64,000 bases of DNA, taken from sequence record MZ475892.1; one strand, written 5' to 3'. Of this stretch, positions 27,360 to 35,984 are shown piece by piece. How positions within the stretch are numbered: position 1 is the stretch's first letter; the number at the start of each line of letters is the position of its first letter. Made by a program: the position numbers and the translations under genes. The notes under the pieces are model-generated. The model did no database searches. It was not told the DNA's origin and worked only from the letters and a program-made list of their open reading frames with translations.

Positions 27360-27700
27360 AACGCCGCGTTATTCGTATCGATCAGTCAGAGTTCAACGGT
27401 GAAGCGCTTGTCTTCCCACCATCATTCAACATCACCGGCATTGACGTTGTGGTGCTTGTGACCGTGAAGCACGAAGATTTCGGTGGCTTGAAGTTTCAAG
27501 ATACCTATCGTGTGAACGAACTACGTGTAAGCGAACATACAAATCCCCTGCGTCAGGAGATTGAGATCGTAGAGTACAGCAAACTGCCGAACGATGAAGC
27601 AATCTTCACACGACTACTCGACGTTGATTATTTCGACGACGACATTGCAGAGCGTGACCTGCGTCTGTACGATGCACCGACCACAATCGTCACTGCGTAA
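27356..27700 (+). CDS. hypothetical protein
   Basis: 114-aa ORF, ATGA overlap. Confidence 0.7.
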   Translation: MKRRVIRIDQSEFNGEALVFPPSFNITGIDVVVLVTVKHEDFGGLKFQDTYRVNELRVSEHTNPLRQEIEIVEYSKLPNDEAIFTRLLDVDYFDDDIAERDLRLYDAPTTIVTA

Positions 27701-27708
27701 TAATCTTT

Positions 27709-27740
27709 AGGGCTGCCATCTTGGTGGCCCTTTTTGTTTT
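27709..27740 (+). terminator. intrinsic terminator
   Basis: AGGGCTGCCA/TGGTGGCCCT stem + TTTTGTTTT; CTGTAAAC follows at 27741. Confidence 0.8.
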
Positions 27741-27807
27741 CTGTAAACTACACGCACAATCCCAACAATGCGAGAACGCACAGATGCCAAAGCGCCGCTT
27801 TTATTTG

Positions 27808-28158
27808 ATGTTCTTTATCAGTCAGGCAGAACTCGACGCCAAGACTTTCTATCAACACAACATGCGCATCCTGACAACGATACGCCGCACACGCTGCATC
27901 TTCCTTGTGGTAAGAGAGACTGGTGAAGTCTATGTGCCAGGCAGCGCCGTGTATCAGTCTGCAATCGAAGAAGATCTAACGCAGATGGTCTTTGACGATC
28001 TGCACAAGGCCACCGAGTCTGTGAATGCGGTTGAGTCCTTTGCTCAAGCCATCGCAGTAAACAAAAACGATAAGACAGTTCGCTACTGCGGCCGCAATCC
28101 AGAGGTGAGTGTCGTCTTCTTTGATCGCATGTTCACGAAAGTGGAGGTTCATATATGA
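27808..28158 (+). CDS. hypothetical protein
   Basis: 3' part of track ORF 27721..28158; start uncertain. Confidence 0.6.
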   Translation: MFFISQAELDAKTFYQHNMRILTTIRRTRCIFLVVRETGEVYVPGSAVYQSAIEEDLTQMVFDDLHKATESVNAVESFAQAIAVNKNDKTVRYCGRNPEVSVVFFDRMFTKVEVHI

Positions 28159-28430
28159 GTTACGATCCGCCTAAGCCAACTACGTCTCTTGGCGCTTCTC
28201 TTGCTTCGCGTTGTGCTCACTCCACCAGAGAGAAAGCGAATAAGACGCGCAAGAAATACCCCGCGACAAAGACTGTGGTTGCTACACTGACCGCACCTAT
28301 GCACGCTGCTGTGCAACGTCTCGCTAACAGTCGTGGCCTGTCTATTCAGAAGTGTCTGGTGCGTATGCTTGAAGCCGAGTTGGCGAAAGAGGGTATCACT
28401 TACGCTAAAGAACAGGACGAAGACGAATGA
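28155..28430 (+). CDS. putative ribbon-helix-helix DNA-binding protein
   Basis: VVATLTAPMHAAVQRLANSRGLSIQKCLVRML fits the RHH pattern; basic N-terminus. Confidence 0.55.
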   Translation: MSYDPPKPTTSLGASLASRCAHSTREKANKTRKKYPATKTVVATLTAPMHAAVQRLANSRGLSIQKCLVRMLEAELAKEGITYAKEQDEDE

Positions 28431-29062
28431 AACGTTTAGGTACAGTCATGGCGTTAGGTCTAAAAGACAAAGCGCCAAAGAACACTGACCTCGACATTAC
28501 GCCCGTTTCGAAAGATTCAGAATGGGGCTCTTTGAGTCCCTTTCACTTGGGGCCGTGTCGAAGCGCAGATGGTATTATGTTCCACAACTTCGAAAACCTC
28601 TGGCAGTATAGCAAGGTCTACGAAGAACATTTGGAGAACACAAACCTCATCCTCGCTGGAGAGATAAACGCTGATTGGTATCAGTGGCATCTTAAAGGTG
28701 CAAGATCAAAACAGGCGCATCGCTATCCTATGGGAAAAGGCCAGAAGGCTTTATTCTCCAAATGGGGCGACTTGCGCCTTTCGTACATTCCCGCACGTAA
28801 ACAGATCTATGTTCCAGGCTATGCCGAGCTACTTCTGCCTCAAAAGAAATTCAAACAACTCCTCAAGCAATACAAGGCCGGTGCCAACATAATCGTCAGG
28901 GACTACGACACCTACGATCTGCTGAAAGCATATCCCAATTCTAATCGCATGTGGCTTGATGCTCTCAACAACCCAAACGCCAAGTTCGGTCACAGTTTCG
29001 TGATCGCCCTTGCTCTCATACTGCACGACAGACCTCTATGGTACAATCAATGGGTGATATAA
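28427..29062 (+). CDS. DUF6939-like protein (probable NADAR-fold ADP-ribose hydrolase)
   Basis: DIT..S...W..LSPF, ENLWQYSKVY, LSYIPARKQIYVPGY, IVRDYDT, KFGHSFVI motifs. Confidence 0.6.
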   Translation: MKRLGTVMALGLKDKAPKNTDLDITPVSKDSEWGSLSPFHLGPCRSADGIMFHNFENLWQYSKVYEEHLENTNLILAGEINADWYQWHLKGARSKQAHRYPMGKGQKALFSKWGDLRLSYIPARKQIYVPGYAELLLPQKKFKQLLKQYKAGANIIVRDYDTYDLLKAYPNSNRMWLDALNNPNAKFGHSFVIALALILHDRPLWYNQWVI

Positions 29063-29361
29063 TCTACGAATGGGTCCACGACCTTGAAGGTAACGAAAGT
29101 CAGAATCTGCCTATCTTGCCTCCAGACATTTATGCGTATGTGCGCGATGCCGTCACTGGCGCACGTACTCCAATCAACTTTGAAGGACGCACCGAGTTAC
29201 AGCGTCAAGACAAGAAAGTCATAGGCGTTGTCTATTGGTCTAATCGAGCTAATCTGATTTCATGGACGGGCGTCGAGCGCTTTCGTTTTACGCTGTATGT
29301 AGTACGCGCCTCACGTAAGTCAAATGAGCAACAGGAGGAAGCTCAAGTCTGCACTAATTAG
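29050..29361 (+). CDS. hypothetical protein
   Basis: 103-aa ORF. Confidence 0.6.
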   Translation: MGDIIYEWVHDLEGNESQNLPILPPDIYAYVRDAVTGARTPINFEGRTELQRQDKKVIGVVYWSNRANLISWTGVERFRFTLYVVRASRKSNEQQEEAQVCTN

Positions 29362-29403
29362 GCTGAAATAGCTATCGCGCATAATACGCTCCTGTGCTAT
29401 ACT
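29360..29403 (+). promoter_or_regulatory. early promoter (WGG..AAAT class)
   Basis: AGGCTGAAAT; 32 nt to TATACT; TGC extended -10. Confidence 0.7.
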
Positions 29404-29448
29404 CATAGACGAAGCAACACATAATCTATTCACGCTAAGGAGCGTATT

Positions 29449-29880
29449 ATGACTATCAACAAGTTTGACTTTCAAACACTGACTACCCCAGAACAATGGT
29501 CTTCCGCTGCTTGGGGTTTCTATCGTGACTTCGCAGATCGTTTGCGTGATACTATCGGCCGCGATGATCTTTACTTCGACATTGAAGTTGATGGTGGCAG
29601 CGATAGCGACCAAGTTGCCGAAGAGATGGTCGATGATGGTGTGATTCATTTACTCATCTCGTACAAAAACGAAGATGAAGATTTCATTAACGCCAAAGGC
29701 GTCTGGCTGTTCCAAGTCACTTACCCAACAGAAAGTGATATTGACGGTGAGTGGTCTAACCGCTTCGTGGTAGATGTGCAGACTGTTGATATGGAAATCT
29801 TAGAGCTGGTGGACTTTGATAACGGCCACCCACGTTTGCTTGAAGATATTGCAGCGCGTGTTAATCACTGGTTAGTGTAA
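29449..29880 (+). CDS. acidic hypothetical protein
   Basis: 143 aa, D/E-rich; AAGGAG SD. Confidence 0.8.
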   Translation: MTINKFDFQTLTTPEQWSSAAWGFYRDFADRLRDTIGRDDLYFDIEVDGGSDSDQVAEEMVDDGVIHLLISYKNEDEDFINAKGVWLFQVTYPTESDIDGEWSNRFVVDVQTVDMEILELVDFDNGHPRLLEDIAARVNHWLV

Positions 29881-29925
29881 TTGCTTGCGGGTCTTTTACG
29901 AAGGGCCCGTCGTCAACAACACAAA

Positions 29926-30327
29926 CCTGTTCTGAGGAGAACAACATGTCATCATCTACTGAATTTCATTTCATCTTTCCAGAGTCAACCACTCTTATCG
30001 TTACTGTGGGTAACGGCATCGTCCCTGAGTATATGGGCATCCCTGCTAATCAAGAAACCCACCTGACGGGTGAGACTGCATTCAACTTTATGCAGAACTC
30101 TAACATCGTGGGCGTTATGAATCGTTTTGATCAGTCGCTTCTCAATCTGCTTATTGATCGCCATGAGCAGAACGAAGAAGAGGAGAGTGCGCTGCGCCAA
30201 GCACACATGCAGAAGCACACGAAGAACTTCGGCGTGTATCTGCTGATTAAACATCACCGCTAAGATTTGTGAAGGGCATTCGTTGCTGAGTGCTCTTTGA
30301 AAATCAACCCTGTTCTGAGGAGAACAA
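29926..30327 (+). repeat. 19-bp direct repeat CCTGTTCTGAGGAGAACAA (29926-29944, 30309-30327)
   Basis: identical RBS-containing segments in front of two consecutive genes. Confidence 0.85.
29946..30263 (+). CDS. hypothetical protein
   Basis: 105-aa ORF, GAGGAG SD. Confidence 0.75.
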   Translation: MSSSTEFHFIFPESTTLIVTVGNGIVPEYMGIPANQETHLTGETAFNFMQNSNIVGVMNRFDQSLLNLLIDRHEQNEEEESALRQAHMQKHTKNFGVYLLIKHHR

Positions 30328-30328
30328 T

Positions 30329-30739
30329 ATGAAACATCCACAACCTGGCTCTGTATACACCCTGCGTGAAATGCTGACTGAACTGAGTCTGCGCGACACG
30401 CCGAATCTCGGCTTCACTCCTGTTTCTGTGCGCTATCCAGAAACGAAGGAGATTCGCCAGCAGACGATTCAGGATTCGCATCTGACAGAAGAAGAAATGC
30501 TCGCTCTTCCGGGCTGGGCAGAAACGAAGTGGCGCTACATTCGTGAAACCCACGAGTGGATCCCTGTGTTCGTCGCTGTTGACAATGCAGAGATTGAAGC
30601 GCTGTGTGTTATCGAACCCTACACGGACCGCTACTTCCGTAATGAGGGTATCATGCACGTTTACCCACGCGGCGTTGAGCGCGCACAGCATAAAGCGTAT
30701 GACCCAGAAACGCACGGCACACTGGTTAAAGTGGCCTAA
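30329..30739 (+). CDS. hypothetical protein
   Basis: 136-aa ORF, GAGGAG SD. Confidence 0.75.
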   Translation: MKHPQPGSVYTLREMLTELSLRDTPNLGFTPVSVRYPETKEIRQQTIQDSHLTEEEMLALPGWAETKWRYIRETHEWIPVFVAVDNAEIEALCVIEPYTDRYFRNEGIMHVYPRGVERAQHKAYDPETHGTLVKVA

Positions 30740-30753
30740 GCACAAACTACCTC

Positions 30754-30778
30754 AAGCGGCTTACGGGCCGCTTTTCTT
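30754..30778 (+). terminator. intrinsic terminator
   Basis: AAGCGGCT/GGCCGCTT stem + TTCTT. Confidence 0.75.
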
Positions 30779-30796
30779 AAACATCAGGAGTCTATC

Positions 30797-31318
30797 ATGA
30801 AAACCACCGACGTAGTTCATATCGCTCATCACCTCATGACCCATCTCGCATCGGCTCGTCTCATCAGTGCATTGACTTTCATCGGTCAGGACGCTGTGCG
30901 TTTCAAAGTTGGTTCGCAGACGTTTGACGTTCGTGGGCGTCACCCAAGCTTCATCGTCCATCAAGTTGAGGGTGGCTGCTTGTGTGCAGACGCAGACTCT
31001 GCCGAGATCGAAGCGCAGTTGAACGGTGACCCAATATCGAGTATGCGTGATCAACTGCCGCATCCTGAGAACGTGCAATCTGCTATCATCGATCACGTCA
31101 ACTCCATGCCGGACAAAGACGTGCAGAACTTTAGCGAGCATCAGGGTGGCCCAGACATGGACACGATGTTTGAGCAGCGTCTGTGGTTGAAGAACTGGTT
31201 GATTAGTCGTTCAATCGTACTCGCCGACATGCTCGACATTGTTGCGTTTCTTGAAGGCACTGAGCGCCGTAACTCACTGGCTATGGCAATTGAACTCAAC
31301 AAAGGGAAACGCGCATGA
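30797..31318 (+). CDS. hypothetical protein
   Basis: 173-aa ORF, AGGAG SD. Confidence 0.75.
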   Translation: MKTTDVVHIAHHLMTHLASARLISALTFIGQDAVRFKVGSQTFDVRGRHPSFIVHQVEGGCLCADADSAEIEAQLNGDPISSMRDQLPHPENVQSAIIDHVNSMPDKDVQNFSEHQGGPDMDTMFEQRLWLKNWLISRSIVLADMLDIVAFLEGTERRNSLAMAIELNKGKRA

Positions 31319-31815
31319 ACTTTGTACGCAGACTTAAAGCAATCGACCAGTTGCCGTTAATCACTGGTCAGTATTACAATGCGCAGGCCATGGCAGAACA
31401 ATCAGCATTCGGCTCGTGTGCGTTTCACATAACTGATCGTGTGGAGCTCGACGGCATCTCGATGTATATCCGCTTCCGTACTAATCAGCAACGTCTGTGG
31501 ATGCATCCTGTTTTGATACTCGCATCAATCGACATTGAACATCAGGGCTGCGGTATCTTCACTGAGCTTCTCGCAGAAGCCCAACGCGTATGTCGTGAGA
31601 ACAAGTGGGTGCTGCAAATTGAGAACGTGCTTGAGCAACGCTTCCGCCGTTTCCTGTTTGATCGTTCGTTCGAAACTATCGGCGTCGATAAAGATTGTGC
31701 GCACGGTAGCATGTTCTGGTTCTTTGATGAGAAGATCAAAGAGAACGCAACGCAGTTCCAAGCGATGGAAGAAAACATCCGAGAACGCGCCGCTGCACAG
31801 AAGGCAACAACATGA
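31315..31815 (+). CDS. putative GNAT-family acetyltransferase
   Basis: LASIDIEHQGCGIFTELL (motif A, QxxG), IENV...RFRRFL. Confidence 0.6.
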   Translation: MNFVRRLKAIDQLPLITGQYYNAQAMAEQSAFGSCAFHITDRVELDGISMYIRFRTNQQRLWMHPVLILASIDIEHQGCGIFTELLAEAQRVCRENKWVLQIENVLEQRFRRFLFDRSFETIGVDKDCAHGSMFWFFDEKIKENATQFQAMEENIRERAAAQKATT

Positions 31816-32279
31816 ACATTCCATGGTACATGATGTTTGTTATCGGCTGTGTGCCTCTTTTCTTCTGCTACGTGACTATGCCGTGGTTTCGTGCTGCTGT
31901 CAAAAGACGGTTGCTGTTTAAACCTCGTGACTACGATTCGGTGCAGGAGATCTTAGACACAGGCATCCCGCCTGAGATCTCTATCGAATGCTTGCAGGCT
32001 AGCTATCGCAGCAACATGCCTGCCAAGTACGCACAACACATCGACTTCTATCCGCACAAGGAAGGCATCGTGTGTTGTCGCATGAAGTACGACGAGCAAT
32101 TCCCAATCGCTCGTATATTTAATGGTGTACTCGTCGCAAACATCGGACTGCTTGCTCTTCCTAGCAAAAAGATGCCGCGCATCACCATTAACTATTCCAC
32201 TTATCAGGTCACGGACTTTGATAGTGATAATGAGTACCTGCACATTTATCTTCAACATAAGGAAGGCAAGCATGAATAA
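31812..32279 (+). CDS. hypothetical protein with N-terminal TM helix
   Basis: hydrophobic residues 4-25. Confidence 0.7.
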   Translation: MNIPWYMMFVIGCVPLFFCYVTMPWFRAAVKRRLLFKPRDYDSVQEILDTGIPPEISIECLQASYRSNMPAKYAQHIDFYPHKEGIVCCRMKYDEQFPIARIFNGVLVANIGLLALPSKKMPRITINYSTYQVTDFDSDNEYLHIYLQHKEGKHE

Positions 32280-33324
32280 CGAATCTGCAATGATCGACGA
32301 AGACGTTCTCGAATGGCTCGAAGACCTGACCCGTCATAAGTTGCTGGACGTGATTGGCTTAATCAACAATCTGATTTTCGTCCATCGTCCTGTTCTCGAT
32401 CTGCCGACACTCGGTACGGACGAAGATGTAGCAGCACTGTCGCACGCTGACCTGACAACGTTGTTCCGTCTGGTTGCACCTGAATGCTCTGTCGATACAA
32501 ACACGCTGAGCAATCTACAACTGCTTGGGCTTATGCTCAATCAGAAAGGCGTTGTTGTGTTCTCTCTGCCAAACAACAACAGCCCTATTCTAACTGCCCG
32601 TACATTCAACGTGCCTAATAAGCCGCAGCGCTTGAACCCAGCTTCATCTAAGGGTGAGATTGCTACTGCTGTTAGCGCGTGGCTATTCGGACTGTTCCCG
32701 CTTGAGCTACGTTCTGATCAAAACGACATGCCGCGTGAGAACGGCCTGTACCTTGCCAAAGACGAGCATGAGCAGATTCGTTTCGGGCGTTTGTTCCGTA
32801 ACGGCGCAGAAGGTGATGGCTGGACTTTCTGCGAAAGCTATTCTGATGCTACAGCTACTTACTGGCATCACAGCGATTCTCCTGTGGACGACGAACTGCC
32901 TATGAGTTTGCTGCATAGCTGGCTGCAAGTCTCTGCAACCACTTCACCAAACGAAGTGCATAACGAAAACGTCAGTGTGCTGGTAACTGACTCGCAGCGC
33001 ATCTTTGCTTTCCTGCGCAGTCTGAGCCAACACGTTAAAGCTGAGCTGGTGGCCAACTTTGATGGCGTGCTTAACTCGACACATACCAGTGTCGAATCTA
33101 TCGGGCGTCTGACGCGTGCCGACTGGACAGCCGCTGCCGTAGCAGTAGCAGATGATAAAGACATGAAGGACGGACTTGGCTCATGGGAAGAGCACAGCGC
33201 GTGGGATTGTTTCGTGGCTACGTTGCAAAGTCTACGCTTCAATTTTGATACACGGGAATTCGACCCGATGTATGACTATGGGAAACACGACAATGAGACC
33301 GATATTGATCGAGGAGACGAATAA
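32272..33324 (+). CDS. hypothetical protein
   Basis: 350-aa ORF from ATG 32272. Confidence 0.75.
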   Translation: MNNESAMIDEDVLEWLEDLTRHKLLDVIGLINNLIFVHRPVLDLPTLGTDEDVAALSHADLTTLFRLVAPECSVDTNTLSNLQLLGLMLNQKGVVVFSLPNNNSPILTARTFNVPNKPQRLNPASSKGEIATAVSAWLFGLFPLELRSDQNDMPRENGLYLAKDEHEQIRFGRLFRNGAEGDGWTFCESYSDATATYWHHSDSPVDDELPMSLLHSWLQVSATTSPNEVHNENVSVLVTDSQRIFAFLRSLSQHVKAELVANFDGVLNSTHTSVESIGRLTRADWTAAAVAVADDKDMKDGLGSWEEHSAWDCFVATLQSLRFNFDTREFDPMYDYGKHDNETDIDRGDE

Positions 33325-33331
33325 GCTAAGG

Positions 33332-33511
33332 ATGGCCTACGCACTGACTGCAATATTTCTATCTTGGCTTGAGCTGAGCATTGCAGTTCGGTATCTCGAC
33401 TATACACAGATTTTTGATGCGCTGATCATTCTGGTTAGCGGTGTGAATCTGGTGATTGCTTTTATCTCGTCACTTGATGAGGTAGACCATATCTTTTCGT
33501 GGGAAGATTAA
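33332..33511 (+). CDS. small membrane protein
   Basis: 59 aa, two hydrophobic segments. Confidence 0.55.
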   Translation: MAYALTAIFLSWLELSIAVRYLDYTQIFDALIILVSGVNLVIAFISSLDEVDHIFSWED

Positions 33512-33512
33512 A

Positions 33513-33719
33513 ATGAAAGACATTGTGCTACACACAGCCCTTTTATTGACCATGATCGTTGTTAGCTTTTTGACTCTCCACTATATTCGTTTCCTGAGTC
33601 TGGGCTACTATATGCTGATCACTATGACAGCATTCGTACTGGCAGTCTATGCGTGCAAGAGTCTCGCAACTGCTGTCACTAAAAATCGTTTTAACAAAGT
33701 GAGAATCAATCGTGGCTAA
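33513..33719 (+). CDS. small membrane protein
   Basis: 68 aa, two hydrophobic segments, basic C-terminus. Confidence 0.6.
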   Translation: MKDIVLHTALLLTMIVVSFLTLHYIRFLSLGYYMLITMTAFVLAVYACKSLATAVTKNRFNKVRINRG

Positions 33720-34257
33720 ATCTTTCGGTGTGTATCTGACGTTCATTCTGCGCCATCGACCGCAAGACATTGGCATTGCAATGGACACCCAAGGCTGGGT
33801 ATCAGTTCCAGACTTGCTCGAACGTGCTCAATACAAGAAGCAGCCAATCACGTTAGAGATGTTGCGCGAAGAAGTTGCTACTGACGGTAAGGGCCGCTTC
33901 CAGTTCAACGCTGCCCACTCTCGCATTCGTTGTGTGCAGGGACATTCAGTTGAGCATGTGATTCTTAACCTAAAGCCGTATACGAATCACAATGACCCGC
34001 TGTATCACGGAACGGCCAGCAAGAACGTTGCGTCTATTCTTGCGCAGGGAATTCTTCGCGGTAAACGTAAACACGTCCACATCGCAACCAACACCGCTAC
34101 TGCTAAGCAAGTTGGTCAGCGTCACGGTGAACCTGTTGTGTTTGAGATCGACACGTATGCCATGATCGTTGCTGGCTATAAGTTCGAACAAGCCGAGAAC
34201 GGTGTGATTCTTACCGAGCACGTTCCATCCCGATATCTAAGGTTGGTAGAGTTATGA
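33712..34257 (+). CDS. kptA: RNA 2'-phosphotransferase (KptA/Tpt1)
   Basis: ILRH.P..IG...D.QGWV, KGRFQ, IRCVQGHS, LYHGT, KRKHVH, GQRHGEPVV motifs. Confidence 0.92.
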   Translation: MAKSFGVYLTFILRHRPQDIGIAMDTQGWVSVPDLLERAQYKKQPITLEMLREEVATDGKGRFQFNAAHSRIRCVQGHSVEHVILNLKPYTNHNDPLYHGTASKNVASILAQGILRGKRKHVHIATNTATAKQVGQRHGEPVVFEIDTYAMIVAGYKFEQAENGVILTEHVPSRYLRLVEL

Positions 34258-34661
34258 CTGAACAACGAATGAGTTATTGCGGTTCACGTTACATCCGTAC
34301 ATCTTCTGGCAGGTGGTATTTGCTTTTCGAACGAGCCGCCTGCTTGTGCATCAATCGTCATGGTACCCAGTACTGGCGAGCAGGTACGCAAGTGTGGAAG
34401 GATGTGTCTCTCTCAACTCGCGCCACTTTGGAGAACGAGTTTATCAGTCGTACCCGCAAAGATTTCAGGGAGTCGAAGTCTGCGTACAACAGATGGGGCA
34501 AGGTGATTCGTACACTCATTCTAGGTGCAGGCACTAACGAGCATCTCCACGATTTAGCGTCGATTCTTGAGGCGCTGAGACAGACGCATATAGGGCGCAA
34601 GCAACAGCAACTGCGCACTACATTGGATGAAATAGCTATTCAGTCGAGAACTACCCTGTGA
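34254..34661 (+). CDS. hypothetical protein
   Basis: 135-aa ORF, ATGA overlap. Confidence 0.7.
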   Translation: MTEQRMSYCGSRYIRTSSGRWYLLFERAACLCINRHGTQYWRAGTQVWKDVSLSTRATLENEFISRTRKDFRESKSAYNRWGKVIRTLILGAGTNEHLHDLASILEALRQTHIGRKQQQLRTTLDEIAIQSRTTL

Positions 34662-34667
34662 TATAAT
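34624..34667 (+). promoter_or_regulatory. early promoter (WGG..AAAT class)
   Basis: TGGATGAAAT; 32 nt to TATAAT; TGA extended -10. Confidence 0.75.
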
Positions 34668-34718
34668 AGCAGCGAACGCTAAACAGTCTCGTTTAGCTAC
34701 TTACATGAGGATATGTAT

Positions 34719-34820
34719 ATGATTAACAACTACTGCCCGTTTCGCGCTGTGATGTACCACGCTTCAATCATCCTTCTCGCCATTTGCTCTGGCGTTGTTT
34801 TAGCCCACGCACATTTCTGA
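34719..34820 (+). CDS. 33-aa peptide MINNYCPFRAVMYHASIILLAICSGVVLAHAHF (below ORF-track cutoff)
   Basis: GAGG SD 8 nt upstream; its TGA overlaps the TCTGAGGAG RBS of the radical SAM gene. Confidence 0.6.
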   Translation: MINNYCPFRAVMYHASIILLAICSGVVLAHAHF

Positions 34821-34831
34821 GGAGAATAATC

Positions 34832-35971
34832 ATGATGCGTAACTTCACGGCAATCCTGCCAGTAACCTGTAATGCCGATTGTTCATTCTGCCCTGAGAAA
34901 GAAATGGAGCAGAAAGCTACGAACCGCCAGTGGCTGACTAATCTCATTGCGCAGATTAATGACCATGCCGGTGAGTTCGACCACGTTTCAATCTCTGGTG
35001 GTGAACCTACGCTCAAGCCAAAGTTCCTGTTTGAAGTGATCGATGCGATTCGCACTCAAACGGATATCGATAAAGTTGGACTCACGTCAAATGGTCGCTT
35101 CCTGAATAAGCAAGACAGCATCTTCCAGTTCCTTGATCTGAACACAGACGACATGCTGGAAAGCAAGCTGTCCCATCTGAATATCAGCCGTCATTCATTC
35201 GACGATGCCAAGAACAACGAGATCATGAAAGTGCGTTACACGTACACGCTTGATGACCTCGTGAAGTTTAGACGTCAACTCGGCACAAAGCTGAGCTTCC
35301 ACATTAACTTTGTTATCAACGAGCACAACATCGATAACATTGAGTGGGAGTTTGCACAGGCTAATCGATTCATGATGGAGAACCCGTGGATCGATGTAGT
35401 GTTCCGCGTTGACTACGCAAACGAAAAGCTGAATCGTCGTCTGCGTCGTTACGGCCTGTCTGTGCAAGCGTGGCGTGATGCAACTCGCGGCTCTATTCGT
35501 GATGAACGCATAGCGCGTGAGAATCTGAAAAAGAAACCCAAACTTGTTCAGTTGTTCGACGGTGTATTCAGTGGTACAACACAGGACAATGACGGTACAT
35601 TTACCGATGCGTGTCCAAGCTGTTTCGTGCATCGCAGCCAGAAGATTCATAACAACCATGCGTGGCTCAAAGCATCCTCGTTCGAACCGAACGTAGACGA
35701 AGAGGAATACACTGAGTACGTGTTCCACATGGACGGTGAGCTTTACTACGACTGGTCGCGTGCCGAGCCTGTGCCTGACGTAGAGAAGAAACCACGCAAA
35801 CACAAAGCCATTCGCATTGTCCAGAAAAAAGCGGAAGAAGATGATATGGATGAAGACATGCCTGCATCTTCTCGTATGGGTTGTCAGTATAGAACTGTCG
35901 GATGTTCTTACGGTGAATCAGAATCTGCTGGTGGCTGTTCATTTAGATCTCCTGGCAGCTGTAGCTTTTAA
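34832..35971 (+). CDS. radical SAM enzyme with Cys-repeat C-terminal tail
   Basis: CNADCSFC (CxxxCxxC), ISGGEPTL, LTSNG, NISRH motifs; tail with 4 x (G/S)C(S/Q)(Y/F). Confidence 0.88.
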   Translation: MMRNFTAILPVTCNADCSFCPEKEMEQKATNRQWLTNLIAQINDHAGEFDHVSISGGEPTLKPKFLFEVIDAIRTQTDIDKVGLTSNGRFLNKQDSIFQFLDLNTDDMLESKLSHLNISRHSFDDAKNNEIMKVRYTYTLDDLVKFRRQLGTKLSFHINFVINEHNIDNIEWEFAQANRFMMENPWIDVVFRVDYANEKLNRRLRRYGLSVQAWRDATRGSIRDERIARENLKKKPKLVQLFDGVFSGTTQDNDGTFTDACPSCFVHRSQKIHNNHAWLKASSFEPNVDEEEYTEYVFHMDGELYYDWSRAEPVPDVEKKPRKHKAIRIVQKKAEEDDMDEDMPASSRMGCQYRTVGCSYGESESAGGCSFRSPGSCSF

Positions 35972-35984
35972 TTAAGGAAAGATT

